Below are positions 27,099-35,360 of a DNA stretch of 61,672 nt, in pieces. Positions within the stretch are counted from its first letter, which is position 1. The number at the start of each line of letters is the position of its first letter. The stretch comes from a virus. The notes under the pieces were generated by a model. The model worked only from the letters and a program-made list of their open reading frames with translations. It ran no database searches and was not told where the DNA came from. The position numbers and the translations under genes were made by a program. Location of the stretch: the IMG/VR virus record IMGVR_UViG_3300016667_000429, positions 1 to 61,672 of that record, one strand, 5' to 3'.

Positions 27099-27575
27099 TT
27101 ACTTAGCCCACGGCGGCGCAGCACCGGCAGCAGCAGGGGCGGGTGCAGCAGCAGGGGCAAAGCCGCCAGAGGCAACACCGCCGCCCACCGGCTCGTACTT
27201 CTTGATGGTGTTGTTCTCGCGCTTGCGGTCATCAACCTCGACGGCGACCGTCACCAGAATCGGCTTGTTGTGCAGCTCGGCGCTGTCGGATGGCTTGATG
27301 ATGCCGACAGCACGGCAGATAGCGCCCAGCTCGCGCTTGGCAATGTCCACGGCAGTCTCGTTCTGGTTCACAAGGTTCAGGCGCGACCAGACCTTGCGAC
27401 CCTTCATCGGGCCGTCCACGACCTCGAACGTGAATTGCAAGAACTGACCGTTGCCGTTCTTGGTCGGTTTCATTTCCGACGCCGTGGCGATCACGACGTA
27501 TTGACCTTCCGGCAGTGCAGAGAACTCCTGCTGTTCAGGTACTTGGCTTGCATCGAATCCGGCTAGATTGGCCAT
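27099..27575 (-). CDS. DUF669-like phage single-strand DNA-binding protein
   Basis: OB-fold-like core (LPEGQYVV...KNGNGQFLQFTFEVVDGP.KGRK) plus a Gly/Ala/Pro tail. Lies immediately downstream of the Sak4-like ATPase, as in known Sak4/DUF669 pairs. Confidence 0.6.
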   Translation of the reverse strand: MANLAGFDASQVPEQQEFSALPEGQYVVIATASEMKPTKNGNGQFLQFTFEVVDGPMKGRKVWSRLNLVNQNETAVDIAKRELGAICRAVGIIKPSDSAELHNKPILVTVAVEVDDRKRENNTIKKYEPVGGGVASGGFAPAAAPAPAAAGAAPPWAK

Positions 27576-27615
27576 CGTTCGTTCCTTTCTTAGTGGTTGA
27601 GAAAAACTGGATTGT

Positions 27616-28380
27616 TTAGGCAGCAGAAGGCGCGGTCATTGCCGCCGTCAGCGCCTGGGAGAATGCCGCCCACGACAGCGGTACGTCTGGCACACCGTAT
27701 CGATTGCCAGCAATGTAGGCCGGATGCGGATTCAGATGGAGCTTGCGCTGGCCAGTAGCCACCGCCTTAATGTCCTTCTGATTGAATCCGGCGTCCGTCG
27801 CGCGGGTGATGACTTCATGATTGGCAAAGCCAATGATGTCAGCCCACTCGTTGATGATGCCCACCGCCCGCTTGTTGAGCTTGAGCGAGTAAGCGTCATA
27901 ATCGTCGGCCAGCGTCGGGTTCTTGACCTTGTTGATCTGTTCGTGCGCGATGCAGATCACGGTCATTCCGCGCTCGTTGCGCAGGTAGTCCAGTGCTGCA
28001 AAGAAGTCGCGCCACAGGTCGTCGGCCATGATGTAGCCTTTGCCATAGCCGATGTCCTCGATGTTCTTGACGCGGTGTGCCTCGCAGACGTTTTGCAGAA
28101 TCAGCGGCTCCAGCCAATCCAGCGAGTCGATGAACACCGATTGATACTCGTGCGGCTCGGTGGCCAGAGTGCGCAGGGCAGACTTCACCTCGTCCAGCTT
28201 GGTCGCCTTCGGGAAGGCGTCAACGTCCAGATTGTCCAGCCCTTCCTCGGTGATGATGCCGATCGCCTTGGGCGCTTGCGCCGCAAAGGTGGACTTGCCG
28301 ACCTTCGGGGGGCCGTAGATGACAATCTTGGGTGCGCGGAGTCGTTTGCCGCGTGTGATGCTTGATAGATCAAAGGCCAT
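27616..28380 (-). CDS. Sak4-like RecA-fold ATPase (AAA_24-type) recombination protein
   Basis: Walker A YGPPKVGKST, Walker B-like VFIDSLD. Size and context match. Confidence 0.7.
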   Translation of the reverse strand: MAFDLSSITRGKRLRAPKIVIYGPPKVGKSTFAAQAPKAIGIITEEGLDNLDVDAFPKATKLDEVKSALRTLATEPHEYQSVFIDSLDWLEPLILQNVCEAHRVKNIEDIGYGKGYIMADDLWRDFFAALDYLRNERGMTVICIAHEQINKVKNPTLADDYDAYSLKLNKRAVGIINEWADIIGFANHEVITRATDAGFNQKDIKAVATGQRKLHLNPHPAYIAGNRYGVPDVPLSWAAFSQALTAAMTAPSAA

Positions 28381-28382
28381 AG

Positions 28383-28592
28383 TTATTCTCCGGTGATGAT
28401 TTTCGGTGCTTCGGTCGCTTGTTCCTTGTCCATTTCCTCGACAGATTTCGAGGCCATCAGAACGGACTGCGCCAAGTTTTCGACCATCTGATGCGCTCGG
28501 CTCGTCGGGACAAACTCCCCGCCGTCGAAATCGATGGTCATAAAGACGCCGGTCGTTTCTCCGTCCTCAATTGTCAGTGTTGCCTTGGGCAT
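28383..28592 (-). CDS. hypothetical protein
   Basis: The start at 28592 shares one base with the upstream stop (TAATG). Confidence 0.5.
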   Translation of the reverse strand: MPKATLTIEDGETTGVFMTIDFDGGEFVPTSRAHQMVENLAQSVLMASKSVEEMDKEQATEAPKIITGE

Positions 28593-28858
28593 TAAGCCTC
28601 CTTGATGGTCGATTGATAGATGCGCTCGGCCAGCAAGTAGCCTTCCAGTTCCCACAGCTTTTCAAACGCATTTTCGTAGGCGATCTCCTCGCCTTTTTCC
28701 CGGCTGTAGTTGGCCGGATCAACACACGCCGATTCCCCGGTCACGGTGAAGCCGTTGACCATGCGAATGACGCACAGCGTCATCGTGGAGTCGGGGATGC
28801 GGTGATAGCGAACGCTGTCGATGCGAGCGTCGATGCTGCCGATGGTGACTGTGTTCAT
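28592..28858 (-). CDS. Gp49-like (Phage_gp49_66-type) protein
   Basis: ATGA-coupled start at 28858. VTIGSID...T.T.C...NGFTVTGESAC...WELEGY pattern recalled from that family. Confidence 0.5.
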   Translation of the reverse strand: MNTVTIGSIDARIDSVRYHRIPDSTMTLCVIRMVNGFTVTGESACVDPANYSREKGEEIAYENAFEKLWELEGYLLAERIYQSTIKEA

Positions 28859-29235
28859 GCCGTCACCTTCACTTCCACGCCGGTCTTGCCGGGGGTCATC
28901 TCGATGGGCAGCAGCTTGTACAGCTCCGGGCGGTTGTGCCGCAGCCACTTCACGCCCTTGTCGTCCAGCTCCTGCTTGGTCTTGACCGGATGCAGCTCGG
29001 CGGGGATCTGCGGTGCAACGTCGCGCCATTTGTCCCAATCCATCTTCGTGTACATCACGCCCTTGACCGTGACCTTGAAGTGATCGAGCGCGTGCGTTTC
29101 CGAGCCGTCATCCTTCTTGCCGGTGATGGCAACGATCTTTTCCTCGATCTCGACGCGACGCTTGTTGGCGGCGAGTTCGTCGGCTTTGGCAACTAGCCAG
29201 TCCTTACAAAGTTCATTCAGTTGATCCATGTTCAA
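28855..29235 (-). CDS. hypothetical protein (first gene of early-left block 2)
   Basis: 126-aa ORF downstream of an operator-like site. Confidence 0.55.
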   Translation of the reverse strand: MNMDQLNELCKDWLVAKADELAANKRRVEIEEKIVAITGKKDDGSETHALDHFKVTVKGVMYTKMDWDKWRDVAPQIPAELHPVKTKQELDDKGVKWLRHNRPELYKLLPIEMTPGKTGVEVKVTA

Positions 29236-29280
29236 TCCTTCAATCCTTGTGTTTGAGGAGGATCAAACTCTAAATGCGAG

Positions 29281-29296
29281 GTGAGAAAAACTCAAC
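29281..29296. promoter_or_regulatory. operator-like 16-bp site GTGAGAAAAACTCAAC (copy 1)
   Basis: Exact reverse complement of 30062..30077. Lies between the repressor gene end and the first early-left gene. Confidence 0.5.
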
Positions 29297-29340
29297 AAGT
29301 TTTTCAATAGCAAGAAACGGGTTGGTAAAAAACAACAGTT

Positions 29341-29970
29341 TCAGGCGAGCATCCTGCGAACCGTTACTTCGGTCACGCGCCCAATGATCCTTGCGCCGTC
29401 CTCGACGCGAAAGGTTGGGAACCGCGTGTCGTCGGCCACGAGCATATCGTCGCCGGCTTCGCGTATGTACTTGCGCAACACCGGCTCACCGGCCTTCGAT
29501 ACCTGCGCCAACACAACCTGACCGGGGCGCACCGAGTCGCCTTTGCTGACCACGCAATAACACCCGGTCGGGCAAGTGCTGGTCATGGCATCGCTTGACA
29601 CCAGCATGGCCGCTGCCGTGCCTGGGGGGTAGGCCACGGTCGTCTGTAACAGCTCAGTGGGAATGTTGAGTTGCCACTTTGCCAGAGCAGAGGGGGTAAC
29701 AACCGGCACAGTAAACAACGGCGGCTTGGCCGTGGGCTTGGCAGGATGCGGAGTTTCCTCGACGCCCAACAGCCAATCGGTCGTGACTTTAAACCATCGC
29801 GCTATGTCGGCCAGATCCTCGGCGCTGGGCTGCGTCTTGCCCGCTTCCCACAGGTTGACCGCAGACGGCGACACCTTCATGCGCTTGGCCACCTCGCGCT
29901 GCGTGACTGCCGGATGAAGCGCCTGCCGTGCGGCGCGCAGACGCTGGGCAAGAACGGGTTTCATGGTCAA
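29341..29970 (-). CDS. CI/LexA-type repressor (XRE HTH + S24 peptidase domain)
   Basis: N-terminal TQREVAKRMKVSPSAVNLWEAG HTH. C-terminal S24-like domain (SSDAM...GRV). Divergent from a Cro-like gene. Confidence 0.85.
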   Translation of the reverse strand: MTMKPVLAQRLRAARQALHPAVTQREVAKRMKVSPSAVNLWEAGKTQPSAEDLADIARWFKVTTDWLLGVEETPHPAKPTAKPPLFTVPVVTPSALAKWQLNIPTELLQTTVAYPPGTAAAMLVSSDAMTSTCPTGCYCVVSKGDSVRPGQVVLAQVSKAGEPVLRKYIREAGDDMLVADDTRFPTFRVEDGARIIGRVTEVTVRRMLA

Positions 29971-29988
29971 TCCTTCGCTCGATCGTTC

Positions 29989-30004
29989 GTTGTGTTTTCA
30001 CAAC
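29989..30004. promoter_or_regulatory. palindrome GTTGTGTTTTCACAAC in the switch region
   Basis: 6-bp arms around TTTT. Related in pattern to the 16-bp sites. Confidence 0.35.
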
Positions 30005-30017
30005 AGCGCGTAGTGTA

Positions 30018-30033
30018 GTGAGAAAAGTTCAAC
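30018..30033. promoter_or_regulatory. operator-like 16-bp site GTGAGAAAAGTTCAAC (copy 2)
   Basis: 14/16 identical to copy 1. Inverted relative to copy 3, which lies 28 bp away. Confidence 0.5.
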
Positions 30034-30061
30034 TGGAGCAAGATTTTTTGATAGCATCGCG

Positions 30062-30077
30062 GTTGAGTTTTTCTCAC
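30062..30077. promoter_or_regulatory. operator-like 16-bp site GTTGAGTTTTTCTCAC (copy 3, inverted)
   Basis: Perfect reverse complement of copy 1. Lies 20 bp upstream of the cro-like ATG. Confidence 0.5.
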
Positions 30078-30096
30078 AGGTAATTAACCCATTGAT

Positions 30097-30348
30097 ATGA
30101 CGACGAATCGACAAGACGAACGCAAACGCTCCGACGAACCCATCGGCTTCACCGTGCAGGGCGTGCTTGGCCTTGCCGGGGGCAGGGGAGCAGTCGCTGC
30201 GGCTTGCGGCGTCAGCGTGCAAACGGTGGCGAAGTGGGATCGCCGGATTCCGGCGCAACACGCCCGCACCGTCGCCATTCTCGCCGGGTTGCCGATCTCA
30301 ATCGTGCGCCCGGATATGGTCAGGGACGATGAACGGAGGCTCGCATGA
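30097..30348 (+). CDS. Cro/YdaS-like HTH regulator
   Basis: GGRGAVAAACGVSVQTVAKWDRRIP HTH. Divergent from the repressor. No obvious SD, so possibly a very short leader. Confidence 0.65.
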   Translation: MTTNRQDERKRSDEPIGFTVQGVLGLAGGRGAVAAACGVSVQTVAKWDRRIPAQHARTVAILAGLPISIVRPDMVRDDERRLA

Positions 30349-30476
30349 TGGTCATCTTTGCTTTGCTGCTCGGTGTTCTGCTGGGGATTTTCGTGATGGC
30401 TTTGATGGCGATGGCTAGATCAAACGACGATGAACAGTTGCCAACGACAAAGGAGGACGACAACGATGCTACGTGA
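30345..30476 (+). CDS. 43-aa single-pass membrane peptide
   Basis: ATGA overlap with the cro-like stop. MMVIFALLLGVLLGIFVMALMAMA followed by an acidic tail. Below the ORF-track length cut-off. Confidence 0.45.
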   Translation: MMVIFALLLGVLLGIFVMALMAMARSNDDEQLPTTKEDDNDAT

Positions 30477-30705
30477 TGGACAGTATTTGCCAGAGAAGCC
30501 GATCAAGATTGGGGCGCACTACGCACGACAACAAAAGCACGAGCCGAACGAAACAGAGGTATTTATGCAATCGGTTTTGCTTGGACACCGCCTTCCAAAG
30601 CCGCGCACCCGCTATGACGTTATCGCTGTCATCGTCGGCTGCTACGCTGCTTGCGCCGTGCTGGTCGGGCTAGTGAAAGGATGGGATGCGATATTTGGTG
30701 GTTGA
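30466..30705 (+). CDS. 79-aa protein with C-terminal TM helix
   Basis: The ATG at 30466 is preceded by AAGGAGGA. C-terminal VIAVIVGCYAACAVLVGLV. Confidence 0.5.
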   Translation: MLRDGQYLPEKPIKIGAHYARQQKHEPNETEVFMQSVLLGHRLPKPRTRYDVIAVIVGCYAACAVLVGLVKGWDAIFGG

Positions 30706-30721
30706 TGAGGATGGCGTGGCT

Positions 30722-30847
30722 ATGCGCAAGTTTTGGACTCGCGCCGATGCTGAACGCTTCCTGCAAACGGGGTGGGTGGTCAAGGTACTGCCCAAGCCGG
30801 TGAAAAAAGTGCCGACACCAGAAGAATATGGCGAGGCGCGTTGGTAG
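30722..30847 (+). CDS. possible small ORF (41 aa; GTG 30698 is an alternative start)
   Basis: Fills the gap between neighbours. Encodes RKFWTRADAERFLQTGWVVKVLP.... Weak evidence. Confidence 0.3.
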   Translation: MRKFWTRADAERFLQTGWVVKVLPKPVKKVPTPEEYGEARW

Positions 30848-30873
30848 AGCAGACGCCGATACAGGAGAAGAAA

Positions 30874-31071
30874 GTGAAGAAGAAGTTATTGCACGACTTG
30901 TTGGAACACATTGAGGTCAACGATCCCGGATGCCCGTTTCTATCGCAGCTCCGCAAGCTCGTTGAAGCGCCGCCCGCCGCTTGGCACGATCCCACCACGC
31001 GCAAGTTCGCCACCTCCCCGACTTCGTTCCCGCAAGCGGCAAAGATTTATCCGCTGTACCGCATGGATTGA
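30874..31071 (+). CDS. hypothetical protein (GTG start)
   Basis: The GTG is preceded by CAGGAGAAGAAA. The upstream part of track ORF 30772.. overlaps the previous small ORF. Confidence 0.45.
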   Translation: MKKKLLHDLLEHIEVNDPGCPFLSQLRKLVEAPPAAWHDPTTRKFATSPTSFPQAAKIYPLYRMD

Positions 31072-31074
31072 TAC

Positions 31075-33561
31075 ATGGCAGACAAAATTGAGTCGCCGTA
31101 TGAGCGACGCGCCTACGCTTACATTGAGCGTGGATACTCCGTTATCCCCATCGCGCCGGGGACAAAGCGCCCCGGCCAGTGGTCGCAGGAACACGGCTGG
31201 CGCGGGATGTCCGATTGGGAGCGATTCGCCACCCGCCTGCCCACAGAGATTGAGCTGGCGCATTGGTACAAGTGGCCTGATGCTGGTATCGGATTGCTCA
31301 CCGGCAAACTGTCTGGCGTCGTCGCGCTGGATCGTGACTACGACACCAAAGGAACCGACGGCCTCGATGCGTTGATCCCGTACACGCCCGTGAAGAAGAA
31401 AGGGGCGAAGGGCTACACCGCTTTCTTCCGCTACTCCGGCGAGCGTTCGTGCAGCTTCAACATCAACAAGATGCGGGTGCTGGATGTGCTGTCGGACGGA
31501 CGGCAGACATTGATGCCAGGAACGGCTCACCCCGACGGACATACCTACATCTATCTGACCGAAGATTGCTTAGAGGATTTCGACCCGGATCAGTTGCCGC
31601 TGCTGCCTGCGGATTTCCTCGATCAAGTCGCCGCCATTCTCGCGCCGTACCAGACCGATGATGACAAGAAATACCAGCGCAAGACGATTGCCCTGCCCGA
31701 AAACTCCGGCGCGATCGACACCAGCCTGTCCATTCAGGGCGAGTATTTCAATGACCTCAAGCAACAAGCCCTGCAACGGCTGGATGATTGGGTTCCCAAG
31801 CTGATTCCCGCCTCCCGACGGGAGCGTGACGGATGGCGCTGCGTGGCAACGTGGCGAAACGTGACCAATTACAACGTCAGCATCCACCCCAAAGGCATCT
31901 TCGATTTCGGCGGCAACTACGGGATCAACGCCATCGACCTCGTGATGCTCGCCAACGGCATCAACTTCAACAAGGCCGTGGATCTGCTTCGGGACTGCAT
32001 TCCGATGAGCGATTCCGAACCGTTGACCATGACCGTCAATGGAGCGACCGCTCTTGCGCCCGCGCCGGCCATGCCAGCGCCGGCCTACGAACCGATCCAG
32101 CACCCGCACATCCTGCCCGAAAAACCGCCCGCGCCGCCCGTCGCCCCTCCGGTCAAGGCTGCGCCCGCCGTGATGCCGTGGCAGATTCCCAAGACCAGCA
32201 AGCCTGCGCCCGTGATGCTGCCGCCGTCCACCAGCATCGACGCCGCGCCCGCGCTGCCCGCGTTCCTGACGAACCCGCCAGGAATTTTGGGTGACATTGC
32301 CCGCTGGATTACAGCCACCGCGCCCAAGAGTCAGCCGGAGCTGTCGCTGGCCGCAGCGATTGCCCTGTGCGCGACCGTGATGGGGCGCTGCTACCGCAGT
32401 CAGTACGGCAACTTCACCAGCCTCTACCTTGTGATGGTTGCCAAGTCCACCGAGGGCAAGGAGCATCCGCAAGGCTGCGTGGAAAAGATCCTCTCTGCCG
32501 CCACCTTGACGCACCTGATCGGCGGCTCCGGGTACACCAGCTCTGGTGCGGTGTACTCGGCGCTACTGAAAGAGCCTTCCCATATCGCCACCATCGACGA
32601 AATGGGCAAGCTCCTGAAAGTCTCTCGCGCCAAAGGCCAAAGTCATACCGAGGCCGCGCTCGACAAGCTCGTGGAGGCTTTCGGGCGGCAGGATGGCGTG
32701 CTGCGCCCGCCGACCTACTCGACCATGACCCTTGCCCGTGGCGGCACGAACAACACGGATCGCGTTGTCCACAACCCTGCGATCACGCTTTTGGGTGCGA
32801 CCACGCCCGCGACCTTCTATGACAACCTGACCGACGATCTCGTGAAGGATGGCTTTCTTGGCCGCTGCCTCGTGATCGAGTCCAGCCAGCCGCGCCAACT
32901 CACCCGCTTCGTGGATCGTAATGACCCGCCCGCCAAGATCGTGGAGTGGTGCGCCGCCGTTCACGTTTCCAACGCCGCCGATGGCAACTTGGCCGGTTTG
33001 CTGCCCGCCGATGTGCCAGCCAAGACCATCGAGCTGCCGTTCGATGACGGTTGCCACCCGCTCATGGATGCGTTCGAGGCGCGTCTGAATGACGCCAAAG
33101 AAGCCAGTGAAGGCGAAGGGCTGGATGTTCTGTTAGGCCGCACGCTGGAAAAGGCCATGAAGCTGTCCATGATTGTCTGCAAGGCCGAAAACGCCGACAA
33201 CAAGGCCGTGATGCCGCACCACCTAGAGTGGGCAATTCAGTTCGTGAATCATTACGACAACGCTCTGGTGCGAGCGGTTCGTACCAAGCGCGTGACCAGC
33301 CAGACGGACGGCGACGTTAAAAAGGTGATCGAGTACGTCAGGCATTCGCGCAAGTACGTCGGAGACAAGAAGTTCGGCCATGTCCTCGCCGCTGGCGCAA
33401 TGCCGCACAGCAAACTGCTCAAGCTCATGAAGATGTCGGCCAAGCATTTCAAGGAAGTGATCGACACTGCTATCGAGTCCGGTGTCGTGATGCGAGCGCC
33501 CGGTGCGGAGTTCGGGTTGGGCGCAATGGAAGTCTATCGAGTAGGGGAGTTGGACGAATAA
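31075..33561 (+). CDS. replication protein: N-terminal primase-polymerase (AEP) domain + C-terminal DUF3987-type helicase-like domain
   Basis: GYSVIPIAPGTKRP...GVVALDRDYD...GTAHPDGHTY prim-pol pattern. Pro/Ala linker. C-terminal ...SSGAVYSALL...ATIDEMGKLL resembles DUF3987. Confidence 0.85.
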   Translation: MADKIESPYERRAYAYIERGYSVIPIAPGTKRPGQWSQEHGWRGMSDWERFATRLPTEIELAHWYKWPDAGIGLLTGKLSGVVALDRDYDTKGTDGLDALIPYTPVKKKGAKGYTAFFRYSGERSCSFNINKMRVLDVLSDGRQTLMPGTAHPDGHTYIYLTEDCLEDFDPDQLPLLPADFLDQVAAILAPYQTDDDKKYQRKTIALPENSGAIDTSLSIQGEYFNDLKQQALQRLDDWVPKLIPASRRERDGWRCVATWRNVTNYNVSIHPKGIFDFGGNYGINAIDLVMLANGINFNKAVDLLRDCIPMSDSEPLTMTVNGATALAPAPAMPAPAYEPIQHPHILPEKPPAPPVAPPVKAAPAVMPWQIPKTSKPAPVMLPPSTSIDAAPALPAFLTNPPGILGDIARWITATAPKSQPELSLAAAIALCATVMGRCYRSQYGNFTSLYLVMVAKSTEGKEHPQGCVEKILSAATLTHLIGGSGYTSSGAVYSALLKEPSHIATIDEMGKLLKVSRAKGQSHTEAALDKLVEAFGRQDGVLRPPTYSTMTLARGGTNNTDRVVHNPAITLLGATTPATFYDNLTDDLVKDGFLGRCLVIESSQPRQLTRFVDRNDPPAKIVEWCAAVHVSNAADGNLAGLLPADVPAKTIELPFDDGCHPLMDAFEARLNDAKEASEGEGLDVLLGRTLEKAMKLSMIVCKAENADNKAVMPHHLEWAIQFVNHYDNALVRAVRTKRVTSQTDGDVKKVIEYVRHSRKYVGDKKFGHVLAAGAMPHSKLLKLMKMSAKHFKEVIDTAIESGVVMRAPGAEFGLGAMEVYRVGELDE

Positions 33562-33563
33562 AA

Positions 33564-33583
33564 AAAGGGGCTTACGCCCCTTT
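33564..33583. terminator. bidirectional rho-independent terminator between convergent blocks
   Basis: AAAGGGGC-TTAC-GCCCCTTT, with an A-run on one side and a T-run on the other. Overlaps the last codons of the minus-strand gene. Confidence 0.6.
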
Positions 33584-33892
33584 GTCTTGCTTGTTTTCCT
33601 TGCGCCGCTTGTCCTCCTCTGGCGGTTTCTTCAGCGGGCGCTTGACGCCCTTCGGGTACGGATTGCGATTCTTTGCCCCCTTCGGACGACCGGGGGATCG
33701 TTCCTCGCCCTGCTTGGGAGCAACGTATCCCGGTGGGACAAGAATCGTGAAGCCGGGATCGATCATCCAGATGTTTGCCACGCGACTAGCAGGGCTGATG
33801 CGCCCCTGTCGGCAGAGCAGCCGCACCAGATAGCGCGGCAACCCCAACATCTCGGACACTTCCGCAATCGTGTAATACGGGTGTGCGTTCAT
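33572..33892 (-). CDS. HTH_17/excisionase-like DNA-binding protein with basic tail
   Basis: ATGA-coupled start at 33892. YYTIAEVSEMLGLPRYLVRLLCRQGRI. Lys/Arg/Pro-rich C-terminus. Confidence 0.6.
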   Translation of the reverse strand: MNAHPYYTIAEVSEMLGLPRYLVRLLCRQGRISPASRVANIWMIDPGFTILVPPGYVAPKQGEERSPGRPKGAKNRNPYPKGVKRPLKKPPEEDKRRKENKQDKGA

Positions 33893-33996
33893 AGGTAAAG
33901 AATGATAGCAACGTCCAGAGCGATGGAAACGACGGAAGCTAACGCAAGACCAAGCGCCACCCATACCAACAAAGTCTTTTCGTTGTCATCCATCAT
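33889..33996 (-). CDS. 35-aa membrane micro-ORF
   Basis: ATGA overlaps at both ends. MMDDNEKTLLVWVALGLALASVVSIALDVAIILYL. Confidence 0.5.
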   Translation of the reverse strand: MMDDNEKTLLVWVALGLALASVVSIALDVAIILYL

Positions 33997-34265
33997 TTCC
34001 TCCCAGTGATCTCGGACAACAGTTCAACAACGTCGCGCTCGAACACGGGCGCACCATCGAATACGCCGCTTTCCAGACCTCGTGAAAGCAACTCATACAG
34101 CTCTGGTGCGCCAGCGATCAGCCGCGCATTGGCAAGGCATTGCCGCTTGTCGATGCTGGAATAGACCAGAAAGCAGTCGGCAATCGCGTACCCCTCGTGC
34201 GTCATAACGTGGCCTGGGGTGTCAGGGTCGAGTAGCCACGGGGCAGGTGTGTGCAGTGATTTCAT
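33993..34265 (-). CDS. hypothetical protein, HTPxPW...NA.LIA.APEL family (paralogue of 36946..37212)
   Basis: ATGA-coupled start at 34265. Motifs shared with 36946..37212. Confidence 0.6.
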   Translation of the reverse strand: MKSLHTPAPWLLDPDTPGHVMTHEGYAIADCFLVYSSIDKRQCLANARLIAGAPELYELLSRGLESGVFDGAPVFERDVVELLSEITGRK

Positions 34266-34459
34266 TTGTTGGTTTTCTCCTTGAGTGACTTCGGGATCTT
34301 CGGCTTCGGACACCAGCCGAGACAGTCATCGCTCCACTGCCCCACGATCAACACGCCGCCCGGATTCAGCAACAGCATATTGACGTTGCGTGGGGGCGGT
34401 TCAACGGCTGGATCTCGGAAGTAAAGCTGGTCGGTAGTGAGTTGGTCGGGTTCGCTCAT
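34262..34459 (-). CDS. hypothetical protein
   Basis: 65-aa ORF, ATGA-coupled at both ends. Confidence 0.55.
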   Translation of the reverse strand: MSEPDQLTTDQLYFRDPAVEPPPRNVNMLLLNPGGVLIVGQWSDDCLGWCPKPKIPKSLKEKTNK

Positions 34460-34845
34460 GTGTTCTTTTCCTTCAGCTTGGCTTCGATGGCGCGGGCAAA
34501 TTCCAGCCAGTCAGCAGTCATGGCTCCACAAGACAAAGCGACTTGGCTCTTTTCCTCATCCGTCAGCGATTGCCATTCGCGCTGTGGTGGGGCGGTGTAG
34601 AGTGGTTGAACTTCAATGTTGGAAAACTTTGTCTCTGGGGTAGGACAGCGATACATTAGCGTCCAATCGCGCATAGGATCAATGCTTCTAATGCGCCACG
34701 CCACCGGCTCCACGCTTGGTTCAGGCTGTGCAAGTCGGGCGCGGAGGAGTTCGATTGCCTCCTCTTCCAATTCATCCATTGCGGCGTGTAGCAATAACGC
34801 ATCCAGCACCTGCTGCGCCTCCTCGCGGGTTAGTTTGATGGTCAT
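34456..34845 (-). CDS. hypothetical protein, LRARLAQPEP / YTAPPQREWQ family (paralogue of 36160..36753)
   Basis: Shares a 33-bp identical DNA block and the N- and C-terminal motifs with 36160..36753. Confidence 0.6.
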   Translation of the reverse strand: MTIKLTREEAQQVLDALLLHAAMDELEEEAIELLRARLAQPEPSVEPVAWRIRSIDPMRDWTLMYRCPTPETKFSNIEVQPLYTAPPQREWQSLTDEEKSQVALSCGAMTADWLEFARAIEAKLKEKNT

Positions 34846-35006
34846 TGGAACCTCTGCGGCAAGTTTTCTATCGTTACCCTAAGTGCTTCTTCTAAAGCGT
34901 ATGCAATCGCCGCGCGGTCTTCGTCTGCGGTATCTGGATCAAGGTTTTTGACTACAACGGATACACCATCCTCGTCATGGTTTACTTCGATTGTGTAGGT
35001 TGTCAT
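34842..35006 (-). CDS. 54-aa acidic micro-ORF
   Basis: ATGA overlaps at both ends. MTTYTIEVNHDEDGVSVVVKNLDPDTADEDRAAIAYALEEAL.... Confidence 0.5.
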   Translation of the reverse strand: MTTYTIEVNHDEDGVSVVVKNLDPDTADEDRAAIAYALEEALRVTIENLPQRFQ

Positions 35007-35350
35007 TGTTGTTCTCCTGTAGCTTTGGCGATGGCGGTGTTCACCTTCTTTTCGACTTGCGTAATAACGTGCCGCATATTACTTGCGCTGATAGCGTCCA
35101 GCGTCATGCCGTTTTCCGTGAGAACCTTGTGCGCTTTGTCGAAGTCAGGTTCAGGAAATATCGTTACTGGATATGCTCTTGCCCATGCGCTGAGTTCTTG
35201 CAGCGTCTCCACCAACTCAGCATTCACCTCATGCAGTCGGCGTAGCTCTGCTGCGGCTTTTTCAAGCAATGCAAAATGTTCCGGACTAAAGCGACGCAAT
35301 CCACTAAAAGCCTCAGCCAGCCTCAATGCTTCAGGTTGTTTGTCAGTCAT
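35003..35350 (-). CDS. hypothetical protein, MTDKQPEALRLA family (paralogue of 37212..37445)
   Basis: The start at 35350 is preceded by GAGGAGAG. Shares N-terminal, central (AAAELRRLHEVNAEL) and C-terminal (AIAKATGEQQ) motifs with its paralogue. Confidence 0.6.
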   Translation of the reverse strand: MTDKQPEALRLAEAFSGLRRFSPEHFALLEKAAAELRRLHEVNAELVETLQELSAWARAYPVTIFPEPDFDKAHKVLTENGMTLDAISASNMRHVITQVEKKVNTAIAKATGEQQ

Positions 35351-35360
35351 TGTTCTCTCC

